From Mobula hypostoma (taxonomy: Eukaryota), in assembly GCF_963921235.1 (NCBI RefSeq), contig NC_086108.1, forward strand, positions 53,632,001 to 53,696,000: 64,000 bases of DNA, written 5' to 3'. Shown here one piece after another: positions 35,291-48,236 of the stretch. The translations under genes were made by a program, and so were the position numbers. The notes beneath the pieces are model-generated. The model was not told the origin of the DNA and did not search any database. It was given only the letters and a program-made list of their open reading frames with translations. Numbering within the stretch: position 1 is the stretch's first letter; every line of letters starts with the position of its first letter.

Positions 35291-38049
35291 TTGACTTTAA
35301 TTCTTTATTTCCATCCTGTCTTTGATGTTACTGGGCCAAGCTAATTCAAGGCTACTAACATCAAAGTCCGGGCAAGATTGAAACTGATTGTACATGGTAG
35401 TAAAAGTCTGGAATGTGTGGAAGAAGGCGATTACTCCATCAAAAGTGCAACAGCGGTCAGTATGGCCATGACTTGTACATTAACCCACATTTTCCCACAT
35501 TCCAATACATCTTGTCTCCAATTATTGTTTCTAAAGCTTTTACTAAGGCAGGCATGAAGCACTCTTTCCTGCAGTTGATAGTTTGAACAGAAATATAATA
35601 TACGCGATTCTGTCACAGTCTGATCTCTCCCACCGCCAAAACTAATTGGTAGATAGTGGCTGTAGACCCTGCAATTTCAACCCTAATTTCCCTCAGTATC
35701 CTGGATCCTGTCTGGAACAGGTGATTTCGTTTTTAACCTTGACTGCTTTTAAACCTTTCAGGGTCACTTTTCATTTTAGCCATTTGTTTTCTCCGACTAC
35801 ATAATTTACTGTGGCATGGCAGAGGGTACAATATATTCATTTAGTGCCTCAATTATGCTGTCTAACTCCACAGAACCATTTCCTCTGTCCCTAAGAGCCC
35901 CATAATTTATGCTGCCCCTTTTACTGTGTGTGTGCTATAATTGCTGCAATCACCAGCCAGGTCATCAAGTGGGCCATTGCGAGAAATTTATTTTTAAGTT
36001 CCTAGGGACGCTAGAAAATAAATTTTATGTAAGTGCAAGTTATCATTTCTATTAGTGTCTAGGCATTTGCTATGTGGGTGGTGCCTAATACTGTTTTCTG
36101 AGTATTCAGTTCCTTGAGCAGCAAGCGACAGAGCAGAAGTTCTTATGAGGAAAGTGGAATTGGAAGCTGCAGGTGGAGAGAATGCCTGTAGTAGAAGAGC
36201 CTTAAGCACTTTTTGACAGGCAGAATCTATGCTCTTCTTAACTACAGAGATATCAGACTGACGAACAGAGAAGCGATTAAAATTGGGGAGGGAAAAGATG
36301 CTATAAGCCTGATGTAAGATCAGAGAAAGCTGGAATTACTTGTCAGGTGTGGCAGTACTTGTGAAAAGGGAAGGGCAGAGTTAAAGTAAATTTTCATCAG
36401 AACCAGTGTTTGGTGAAGAGCAAGTGCTGAAGCTGTTGTCCAATTTTTGTTCCAAAAAACATGGGATGTCTCCTGAAAGGCATGTTTTTTATCACCATCT
36501 TTCACAAAATCTTTCAAAATAGATGAATACACTGGATTCAAAGTACTCTCCCACTCAGGCAGGCAGCTCTTTCAGAGCCCCACATATTGCATTTTTTCCC
36601 TCTGCATTGTTTTGAAGGAAGAGGAGAGAGTAGCCAGTGGAAATCTAATATGGTAATAGACAAATGTTACAGATGGAGCACAATTCACAGATTGTCTACC
36701 TTTTAACCTCACGGGGCCACAAGATCTTCTTAAAAGTGACACGCAGGAGCCCTCTCTTTAACAGTCACCTGGGACCCCAGAGAAAGGCTTTATGAGTAAA
36801 GATAGAAGGAGTGGTAACAGCTGCTTTCAAAAAAATCCTCTGTGCTCAAAATACTTCGTAATTTGATATCTGATCGCCTGTTTCCCAAACAGCAGGATCA
36901 TGGTCACAATTCATTGCCTGTCAGAAATGTCACATCTGATGATTTCACACACAAGCATTCACTGGCCTTTAGACCCTAGCACTTTGATAACTGCCTCTAA
37001 CACATGAATAGTCAGACGTGTCATCTGATGCCTCTCGCCTGGAAGTCATGAGGGCAGAGTTATTTGTCTTTACTGGAGGGGGACTGTCTCTCACACTACC
37101 AATATATTTTTGGAAGTAGCCCAGGAATATACACAGTTTGCTGCCAAGACTTGTGGAAGCTGAGGATGCTACCATGCAATTTGATTGCAAAGCACCTTGG
37201 ATAGCTCTGTGAGTACAGATAGTGGCAGTCTTCTTCCTAACCATTGATAGACTGAGTATGTCTCTACAGTGCAACATCTAAACTTAAAGCTCTCTATTCA
37301 GTGTTGTATGCCGCTCAACACTCAGCGTGTCTGATCAGTAAGACGTGTTACAACCATGCATTGTTAACTTGCCCTCATGGCCCTCCCTGACATTGAGCAG
37401 AACCTTATCTACTGACCTAAAGCCAAAAGTATGGGCAGTAGCCTCAGTGAGACCTCCAGAATTGCAAGTAGAAATTGCAGCTTTAAAAAAAGGACTTAGC
37501 AGCTACTTGCAATGTGGGTGGACATCTTTAGATAATATTTTGCTCTTTATTTTTGATGTTTTTCCCTGGAAGTGAGTGCACCTGCACTTTATCCTTCTGC
37601 CTCCCTACCCAATCTCTATTAAGGAGGAGGGAGATTTTTATTCCATGTGTTTCAAACATAAAAAGTTCATGAAGGTTCTTGTGGCTTTATTTGACGGCAT
37701 CAGACATCTAGCTTCACACGTGTCCCAGTGCAGATTATCCCTGGTGACTGGAGTTGCAGCCCAGCTGTTCATGCTCCAAGCCATGAAAATCAGTTTGGTG
37801 TCATCCAAACCCAAGAAGTCAAATTACCGTAAGGCATAGGAGCAGAATTAGGCCATTCAGCCTATTGAGTCTGCTCTGCCATTCTGTCATGGCTGACCAT
37901 CTAGCTTTCTCGCCTCCCATTTGACCAGGCAGGTCTCTGTGGAGCAGGATGATGGAAATTTATTTTGCTGAGAATATCTATATCATGCACTGCCCTGCCT
38001 TTAGAACTTTATTGCCTATGATGTGCTTTTGGATATGCCAAAGTAGTGA

Positions 38050-38310
38050 AAGGCAATGTTTTGTCTTTGTTAGTACTACATGTCTTCATTCTCTGCCCTA
38101 AACTATGGAACTCATTACCTAAGACTATAATTGATGCATATTTAGTTTACATTTTTAAATGTCAGCTCAAAACCTAGTTATTTAAAATTGCTTTTAACTA
38201 ACATCTTTATGTCTTTTGTTTTCATGTTTTCACTTTATCCCATTGTGAAACACCTTGAACTATCTTGTTTGTATGAAAAATGCCCTATAAATAAGTAATT
38301 ATTATTTTTA
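38050..38310 (+). mobile_element. L2-clade LINE 3' end
   Basis: SALKLWNSLPK..FKCQLKT*LFKIAF followed by TGTGAAACACCTTGA..TATAAATAAG, typical of an L2 terminus. Confidence 0.7.
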
Positions 38311-38769
38311 TTTTTTCTCAGCTCAAGCTGGTAAACTCTGAGGTATGGGCATAGCCAAGCACACTCATTTTTCAATCGCTACAAATTTTCAATCTATTCT
38401 AGTGGTGATTGAATATTGTGGCTTTCTGGAGATTTACTAAATATTGCTGTGCAGGTCAAATTGTTTAATGCTTTTGCGTAGTGACTTTGCGATGATACCA
38501 ATTGTAGATATTACTATTGGGACAATGTACACCCTGTTCATATTCCATAGCTTTTCATCTTCCCTGTTTACTTCAGGATATCTCTGGTGCTATTTCACTT
38601 ATTGATTTCTGTAAGTTGTGTGTGTTTGGAATGGCTATATCTATTAAGTAAATTGCTCTTGCTTGTTTATCCTGTAATATTATATCCAGATGATTATTAT
38701 GGATTGTCTATCTGTAATGGATTGGTCATAATATAATTATTATTACTATTATTACATCTGGGACATATT

Positions 38770-40165
38770 ACACGCCCACAACTTCCAATTCCCTGCCCCC
38801 ACACTGCCTTATCTTCGTCATTGATGTCCTGTACCTACACTCCATCCCCTCATGAGAAAGGTCTTGGGCCCTGGTCCTTTTTTACTGGAACATACATCCA
38901 ATCAGTTCTGTTTGATGAACGTCCCATTTGCCTGGAATAACTTGATCTTACCCTTTGTAACTTCTATTTTGAATCCTGTCACTTTCTAAAATCAAAGGTG
39001 TAGCCGTGGGCATTTGCAGAGGTCCTAGCAATGTCTGCCTTTGATTACGTGGAATAGTCCTTGTTCCAGACCTGCTCAGTACCACTTTCCAACTACTGTC
39101 TTCCTTTATTATAATGATGACTGCATTGGTGCTGCCTTCTGCATCTGTGAGGAACTTGTCAATTTTATTACCTTCACTACTAACTTCCACCCCACCCTTC
39201 AATGCACATTGGCTACTTCTCTCCCTTTTCTGGGTCTCTCTTCTCTAATATCAATAGACAAACTCTCCACTGACTTTTACTATACTGACTCCCACCCTGC
39301 CTGGTTGTAAGAATGCCATCCCTTCCTCTCAGTCCCTCTATTTTCATTCATGAGGATTCCCATTCCAGGACATGTGAAATGTCCTTTTTCAGGATGTATA
39401 GCTTCTCCTCCTTTTGTGGTTCACCCACATCTCCTCCATTTCCCACACTTCTGCTCCTACCTTGCCTCTCACTAGACAGAAGAGGGATGGAGTTCTCTTG
39501 GCCCCATTCTTTCACCCAAACGTCTCCACATCCAGCACGCCATTCCTTGTCGGCTCTGCCAGCAGCGGCTAGCCTGAGATCCAGGCCGCATGCCATCTCA
39601 ACTCCTTTTTCCATTCTCATACTGACCTGTTTGTCCTTCGCATTCTCCACTGCTCGGGTGAGCCCTTACTCAGAGAGCAATGCCTAGGTGCTTTAAAAGG
39701 TGTGAACACTGAATTTTACAAGTTCAGATAACCTAGGCCTCTGTCCTTTCTCCATTTGACCCATCTAGGTTCACTCACCACCTCCCTTCTTTCCAATCCC
39801 TCCCCCATTACCCAGATTCTTTCACCCCTATCTAGTTCCATCTGCCCACAACCCCTCTCTAAGCTGTTTCTACTCCTTTATTTATCAAACTGCGGAATCT
39901 GCAGCCCTTTGTTGTCCCCAGTTATCTCTTCTGTGTGTGGCTGCAATGTTCTCCCCCCCCCCCACCCCCGACCACTGCTCCATCTATGCACAACTCCTCC
40001 CTTATCTGGTCAACTGATCGGCTGCCAGCTCCTGCCTCAGTTCTTCCCCTCAGCCCTCTACGCTGGTTGCCTCGCCTCAACACACTTCCCTGACGCAGAG
40101 CCATCCCTCTGCTTCTTCAGATGCTGCCTGTCCTGCTGAGTTCCTCCAGCAGTTTGTTTCTTTTT
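38770..40165 (+). mobile_element. Old degraded Penelope-like element (RT to terminal repeat)
   Basis: Decayed RT motifs (IKGVAVGICRGPS, YNDDCIGA, LPFL, LSTDFYY), pyrimidine-rich UTR, end AGATGCTGCCTGTCCTGCTGAGTTCCTCCAGCA. Confidence 0.7.
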
Positions 40166-42463
40166 CTTTAACCACTGGTTTCCTGTTCACTGCTGGTTTC
40201 ATTTTATATTGATTGGGTGGTAGACCAAGACCTGTTGGGTTCCACTGCTTCCTTCAAATAGCTTCTTTTCAGTAGGAACATGCGAAGATCTGTATTAAAA
40301 AGGAGAAGATCAAACCTTCACCTCTCTTTGCCCTAAGCCAGCAGAATTCCCTTCTTTGAATCAGTACAAGTGGAAATCATCTGTGCATCTCATTATATCA
40401 GTTGTGCATGATACCATGACACAAATTGCTTTGCAAGTATTCTGCCCCCAACAAAAATGGATCTGTTGGGATACTTGATCATGAACATAATGTCTCTTTT
40501 TTGGAAAACAGGTACAATGAGATTAATTGCCCTTTGCAAAAGTTTTATTGCTTTTTAATTTATTCAGTTACAGATGGAGTTTTTGTACTATAATTGACAT
40601 CAGTATCCATAGAGATTGTAATCCCTTTAACCAGTCAGAGTTTCAAGGATTCCTTTCCCTTTGAAGATTATTTTGCCTTAAGAGGGTTTAGTCAGAGATC
40701 AGTGGTTTAATAAACATTGCTGGGGTATCTGTGCAGAATGTTAAGAATGTGATTGGCTAATTTGCTAATCTTGTGCAATATAGACAACTTGTTTTCACTC
40801 AGTAATGAGAGAGTTGGCTTGTGATCACAGTTCATTTTACCGAGAGGAAGAACCAAAGAATATTTGTGTCAAGGGCTCTCTAATGGCTCAACAAGTTTAT
40901 CCAGTATTGTTGCTGTCCCAGGCAGAATGGAAAGGCTGTGGAGCTGATCCTGTTCTGTGCTGAATTAGTGATCCCTGCTGGAGAGGATGGGAATGATTGG
41001 TGCTTTATTTGGCTGCAACTCTTGAGTTAGGAAAGGAAAAAGAAGCCTATGCTTACTGACTGAAAGTTTTCAGCTATTCACCATGAAATGTACTCTTGTA
41101 TGAACATCAGATGAAGGCAAAATTGGTGTTGGTTTTCCTCACCCCTCCACTACTCTCATTTCGCCACGATGCTCGCTATCAGATTGGTGCTGTTCATTAT
41201 CAGAGCAGGCTAATGAATGATGCTCACATGACAGAGGTGATGAAGCGAGCCAGATGCCTGTGGAACCACACTACAGCACGGAGTCATTACCGTCAATCAA
41301 GGTGGCAGGAGAAGAAGGCTGCAGTCAGGTCCCAGAAATGAGCCCCTAATGAATGATTTTTCAGTTAAGGGAGACATTTGGGATGTACTTCCAGCAGTGT
41401 TATTCAGAATCAAACGAAGTGGAATAATTGACAATGTTTTGTAACAAAGTAATCATTCTAGGAATTAAAATTTAAACCCAGAGTGATAATTTGTATAGAT
41501 TTAACCTTGTATTGGCTGTAAACACCCATGCAACCACCAGAGCAGAAGGCCTTTTACAAAGTAAAATGCTGCACCCATTCTTCATGTTGGAGAAAACCCA
41601 AACTTCATTTGGATATAGCAAACCTGAGTGAAGAAATCCTTTGGATCTGTGGGCACCTTTAGTGGACTGCAGAGTGATAGAAATTTGCTTCAATAAAAGT
41701 GTTCCGTGATTAACTCTCTCCTCTGTACATGCTGTATCTGTCTCTGCCACGTTAAAGCCGTATATGGAATCCTAGTGGAGACCAGACTGTGAGCTGTGAT
41801 TGTGTACTTTCTTCCAGTCATGTTTATTGTCATCAGCTTTTCTTTATTTTGTATTTATCATTTCTTTTAGAAGTTAATTATATGTGCCTTTAACTAGGGT
41901 GATAAATTGAGATTGGGCTTTTTTTTGAGGTAGCTGTGTTATGCTAAATGAACAGCACTGTGATAGCAGTGTAGCTCAATCCGATGCCTCTAACCTGTTT
42001 CGAGCTGGAGTGTGTACTTAGGTTAATTTTGGATCTATTTTCCCTTCTCTCCCTTCTCACTTCAATCCTTTGCCAGGCTTCATGATCCCAATTAATATTA
42101 CTCCTTATGATACTTTTGCTTTCCTACTGGATAATCTCCTTGTAACACCAATCTTCTTTTCTCTAACACCCTTCTTTCAAATATGCCTTCCCTCAACCAC
42201 CCCCTCCCCAATCCCACCTAATATATTCTGTCGTATGCTCCGGCTCCCATTTGACAAACTCTGAAGCAATTTCTCCTCCTTCTCTCCTTGTCTATGTGCA
42301 GTAGTAACAGTAGATACAGCACCTTATTGGAGATGCATTCCAGAGAGCCACCATGGATATGTGAAATCTTTCTTTATGATTGGAATCGGGAGGTGCCACC
42401 AAGGCTGACGTGTATGACCTATCTTCACAAAAGCAGTGATGAGCCGTCTCCTTGCATGGCTGT

Positions 42464-45400
42464 GGACTGTCAGGTGACGGAGACACACACTGAATATCTG
42501 CAGACTGTCAAGTGAAGGAGACACACACTGAATATCTACAGACTGTCAGGTGAAGGGGACACACACTGAATATCTACAGACTGTCAGGTGAAGGGGACAC
42601 ACACTGAATATCTACAGACTGTCAGGTGAAGGAGACACACATTGAATATCTACAGACTGTCAGGTGAAGGGGACACACACTGAATGTCTACAGACTGTCA
42701 GGTGAAGGGGACACACACTGAACATCGACAGACTTAGGTGAAGGAGACACACACTGAATGTCTACAGACTGTCAGGTGAAGGAGACACACTGAATGTCTA
42801 CAGACCGTCAAGTGAAGGAGACACACACTGAATATCTACAGACTGTCAGGTGAAGGGGATACACACTGAACATCGACAGACTTAGGTGAAGGAGACACAC
42901 ACTGAATGTCTACAGACTGTCAGGTGAAGGGGACACACACTGAATGTCTACAGACTGTCAGGTGAAAGAGACACACTGAATATCTACAGACTGTCAGGTG
43001 AAGGGGACACACACTGAATATCTACAGACTGTCAGGTGAAGGGGACACACACTGAATATCTACAGACTGTCAGGTGAAGGAGACACGCACTGAATGTCTA
43101 CAGACTGTCAGGTGAAGGGGACACGCACTGAATGTCTACAGACTGTCAGGTGAAGGGGACACATACAATGTCTACAGACTGTCAGGTGAAGGAGACACAC
43201 ACTGAATATCTACAGACTGTCAGGTGAAGGAGACACACTGAATATCTACAGACTGTCAGGTGAAGGGGACACATACGATGTCTACAGACTCAGGTGAAGG
43301 AGATACACATTGAATATCTACAGACTGTCAGGTGAAGGAGACACACACTGAATATCTACAGACTGTCAGGTGAAGGGGACACACACTGAATGTCTACAGA
43401 CTGTCAGGTGAAGGGGACACATTGAATGTCTACAGACTGTCAAGTGAAGGGGACACATTGAATATCTACAGACTGTCAGGTGAAGGGGACACACTGAATA
43501 TCTACAGACTGTCAGGTGAAGGGGACACACACTGAATGTCTACAGACTGTCAGGTGAAGGGGACACATACAATGTCTACAGAATGTCAGGTGAAGGAGAC
43601 ACACACTGAATATCTACAGACTGTCAGGTGAAGGGGACACACACTGAATGTCTACAGACTGTCAGGTGAAGGGGACACATTGAATGTCTACAGACTGTCA
43701 AGTGAAGGGGACACACACTGAATATCTACAGACTGTCAGGTGAAGGGGACACACACTGAATGTCTACAGACTGTCAGGTGAAGGGGACACACACTGAATG
43801 TCTACAGACTGTCAGGTGAAGGGGACACACACTGAATATCTACAGACTGTCAGGTGAAGGGGACACACATTGAATGTCTACAGACTGTCAGGTGAAGGAG
43901 ATACACATTGAATGTCTACAGACTGTCAGGTGAAGGAGACACACACTGAATATCTACAGACTGTCAGGTGAAGGGGACACACACTGAATGTCTACAGACT
44001 GTCAAGTGAAGGGGACACACACTGAATATCTACAGACTGTCAGGTGAAGGGGACACACATTGAATGTCTACAGACTGTCAGGTGAAGGGGACACACATTG
44101 AATGTCTACAGACTGTCAAGTGAAGGGGACACACACTGAATATCTACAGACTGTCAGGTGAAGGGGACACACACTGAATGTCTACAGACTGTCAGGTGAA
44201 GGAGACACACACTGAATATCTACAGACTGTCAGGTGAAGGGGACACACACTGAATGTCTACAGACTGTCAGGTGAAGGGGACACATTGAATATCTACAGA
44301 CTGTCAGGTGAAGGGGACACACACTGAATATCTACAGACTGTCAGGTGAAGGGGACACACACTGAATATCTACAGACTGTCAGGTGAAGGAGACACACTG
44401 AATGTCTACAGACCGTCAAGTGAAGGAGACACACACTGAATATCTACAGACTGTCAGGTGAAGGGGATACACACTGAACATCGACAGACTTAGGTGAAGG
44501 AGACACACACTGAATGTCTACAGACTGTCAGGTGAAGGGGACACACACTGAATGTCTACAGACTGTCAGGTGAAAGAGACACACTGAATATCTACAGACT
44601 GTCAGGTGAAGGGGACACACACTGAATATCTACAGACTGTCAGGTGAAGGGGACACACACTGAATATCTACAGACTGTCAGGTGAAGGAGACACGCACTG
44701 AATGTCTACAGACTGTCAGGTGAAGGGGACACGCACTGAATGTCTACAGACTGTCAGGTGAAGGGGACACATACAATGTCTACAGACTGTCAGGTGAAGG
44801 AGACACACACTGAATATCTACAGACTGTCAGGTGAAGGAGACACACTGAATATCTACAGACTGTCAGGTGAAGGGGACACATACGATGTCTACAGACTCA
44901 GGTGAAGGAGATACACATTGAATATCTACAGACTGTCAGGTGAAGGAGACACACACTGAATATCTACAGACTGTCAGGTGAAGGGGACACACACTGAATG
45001 TCTACAGACTGTCAGGTGAAGGGGACACATTGAATGTCTACAGACTGTCAAGTGAAGGGGACACATTGAATATCTACAGACTGTCAGGTGAAGGGGACAC
45101 ACTGAATATCTACAGACTGTCAGGTGAAGGGGACACACACTGAATGTCTACAGACTGTCAGGTGAAGGGGACACATACAATGTCTACAGAATGTCAGGTG
45201 AAGGAGACACACACTGAATATCTACAGACTGTCAGGTGAAGGGGACACACACTGAATGTCTACAGACTGTCAGGTGAAGGGGACACATTGAATGTCTACA
45301 GACTGTCAAGTGAAGGGGACACACACTGAATATCTACAGACTGTCAGGTGAAGGGGACACACACTGAATGTCTACAGACTGTCAGGTGAAGGGGACACAC

Positions 45401-47008
45401 ACTGAATGTCTACAGACTGTCAGGTGAAGGGGACACACACTGAATATCTACAGACTGTCAGGTGAAGGGGACACACATTGAATGTCTACAGACTGTCAGG
45501 TGAAGGAGATACACATTGAATGTCTACAGACTGTCAGGTGAAGGAGACACACACTGAATATCTACAGACTGTCAGGTGAAGGGGACACACACTGAATATC
45601 TACAGACTGTCAGGTGAAGGAGACACGCACTGAATGTCTACAGACTGTCAGGTGAAGGGGACACGCACTGAATGTCTACAGACTGTCAGGTGAAGGGGAC
45701 ACACACTGAATATCTACAGACTGTCAGGTGAAGGGGACACATACAATGTCTACAGACTGTCAGGTGAAGGAGACACACACTGAATATCTACAGACTGTCA
45801 GGTGAAGGAGACACACTGAATATCTACGGACTGTCAGGTGAAGGGGACACATACAATGTCTACAGACTCAGGTGAAGGAGATACACATTGAATATCTACA
45901 GACTGTCAGGTGAAGGAGACACACACTGAATATCTACAGACTGTCAGGTGAAGGGGACACACACTGAATGTCTACAGACTGTCAGATGAAGGGGACACAT
46001 TGAATGTCTACAGACTGTCAGGTGAAGGGGACACACACTGAATATCTACAGACTGTCAGGTGAAGGGGACACACACTGAATGTCTACAGACTGTCAGGTG
46101 AAGGGGACACATTGAATATCTACAGACTGTCAGGTGAAGGGGACACACACTGAATGTCTACAGACTGTCAGGTGAAGGAGACACGCACTGAATGTCTACA
46201 GACTGTCAGGTGAAGGGGACACATACAATGTCTACAGACTGTCAGGTGAAGGAGACACACTGAATGTCTACAGACTGTCAGGTGAAGGAGACACGCACTG
46301 AATGTCTACAGACTGTCAGGTGAAGGGGACACATACAATGTCTACAGACTGTCAGGTAAGGAGACACACACTGAATATCTACAGACTGTCAGGTGAAGGA
46401 GACACACTGAATATCTACGGACTGTCAGGTGAAGGGGACACATACAATGTCTACAGACTCAGGTGCAGGGGACACACACTGAATGTCTACAGACTGTCAG
46501 GTGAAGGGGACACACACTGAATGTCTACAGACTGTCAAGTGAAGGGGACACACACTGAATATCTACAGACTGTCAGGTGAAGGGGACACACATTGAATGT
46601 CTACAGACTGTCAGGTGAAGGGGACACACACTGAATGTCTACAGACTGTCAGGTGAAGGGGACACACACTGAATGTCTACAGACTGTCAGGTGAAGGGGA
46701 CACACACTGAATGTCTACAGACTGTCAGGTGAAGGGGACACATTGAATGTCTACAGACTGTCAAGTGAAGGGGACACACACTGAATGTCTACAGACTGTC
46801 AGGTGAAGGGGACACATTGAATGTCTACAGACTGTCAAGTGAAGGGGACACACACTGAATGTCTACAGACTGTCAGGTGAAGGGGACACACATTGAGTGT
46901 CTACAGACTGTCAGGTGAAGGGGACACATATTGAATATCTACAGACTGTCAGGTGAAGGGGACCCACATTGTATATCTACAGACTGTCAGGTGAAGGGGA
47001 CACACATT
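42464..47008 (+). repeat. Minisatellite array, 38-bp consensus unit (roughly 120 copies)
   Basis: Unit GACTGTCAGGTGAAGG(G/A)GACACACACTGAAT(A/G)TCTACA with 36-bp variants; no unique spacers. Confidence 0.98.
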
Positions 47009-47295
47009 TGTTTTGATGAAGCTTCTGTTGCTTTACCTCAGTGATGATAAATCAATATTTTTTCTTTACAGAATTTTAGATGAGGAATTAGGGAAGCTTG
47101 CTTCTGTATACCCTAGAACATAACTCATCAGTAAAGTAGTCATTATGCACTGGAGAATGTTTCACTGTTTTCATAATTATTGATTGTTTTGCTTCCTAAT
47201 TTGGTTCACTACTTCTTTCACAAGCAGACACAGTGCTGCTTACTGAAATGATTGTTTTACCAGAATTGATTCTATAACTTATTGTTCTGCGTTAA

Positions 47296-47808
47296 CACTG
47301 CCCTCACCAATCACTGCAGCCTGTTGTCACTGTCCACACCCTGACCTCACCAGTCACTGCAGCCTGTTGTCACTGTCCACACCCTGACCTCACCAGTCAC
47401 TGCAGCCTGTTGTCACTGTCCACACCCTGACCTCACCAGTCACTGCAGCCTGTTGTCACTGTCCACACCCTGCCCTCACCAGTCGCTGCAGTCTGTTGTC
47501 ACTGTCCACACCCTGACCTCACCAGTCACTGCAGTCTGTTGTCACTGTCCACACACTGACCTCACCAATCGCTGCAGCCTGTTGTCACTGTCCACACACT
47601 GACCTCACCAGTCACTGCAGCCTGTTGTCACTGTCCACACCCTGCCCTCACCAGTCACTGCAGTCTGTTGTCACTGTCCACACCCTGACCTCACCAGTCG
47701 CTGCAGTCTGTTGTCACTGTCCACACCCTGACCTCACCAGTCACTGCAGCCTGTTGTCACTGTCCACACCCTGACCTCACCAATCGCTGCAGCCTGTTGT
47801 CACTGTCT
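47296..47808 (+). repeat. Minisatellite, 43-bp unit (about 12 copies)
   Basis: Unit CTGACCTCACCAGTCACTGCAGCCTGTTGTCACTGTCCACACC. Confidence 0.97.
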
Positions 47809-48236
47809 ACTCCGTGTGCCTTCTCCGTGGGTAATGCCAGTATCAGGAGTAAGATGGGAATTGGTGCTTAGATACAGCTGCTGCTTATGAACAGGCATCT
47901 GCCCTCCTTCATGCAAGACTTCCTTCAGTTACAACTGAAAGTTCTGATAAGTGGGTGAATCTCATGAATTGGGCCCCAATGTCTCACCAAAACACCATAT
48001 CCAGGAGAAAGAATCTAGTTATGGGACACCACCTCTCACAGTCTTCCACAATTGTTATTTTCTGCTTCCAATTTACTTGGCCCTTTTAGGGTTTGATTCC
48101 ATGGCATGAGATTCTCTCTGGAACTCTTGCAAGCTGCTGCCCTCCATGGATGAGTCCAAATAATAAGTGTCCATGCATTACTGACAATGGTATGATTACA
48201 GCTGGACTAATTCCAGTCCATTTTGGATACCTGTAC

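Noticed and set aside
10800..42400. Numerous 60-130 aa ORFs in the track
   Set aside because: Either TE remnants listed above or chance ORFs, many with non-ATG starts and no recognisable domain.
42464..47008. CRISPR-like array (36-38 bp periodicity)
   Set aside because: Units are head-to-tail with no unique spacers, there are no cas genes, and the context is vertebrate DNA.
47072..47122. Acceptor TTTCTTTACAG followed by ILDEELGKLASV
   Set aside because: Stop soon after, no good donor, and the phase-1 frame is closed.
48090..48189. Candidate exon GLIPWHEILSGTLASCCPPWMSPNNKCPCITDN (AG..GT bounded)
   Set aside because: Open only in phase 0, so it is incompatible with the phase-1 exon 1, and I do not recognise the peptide.
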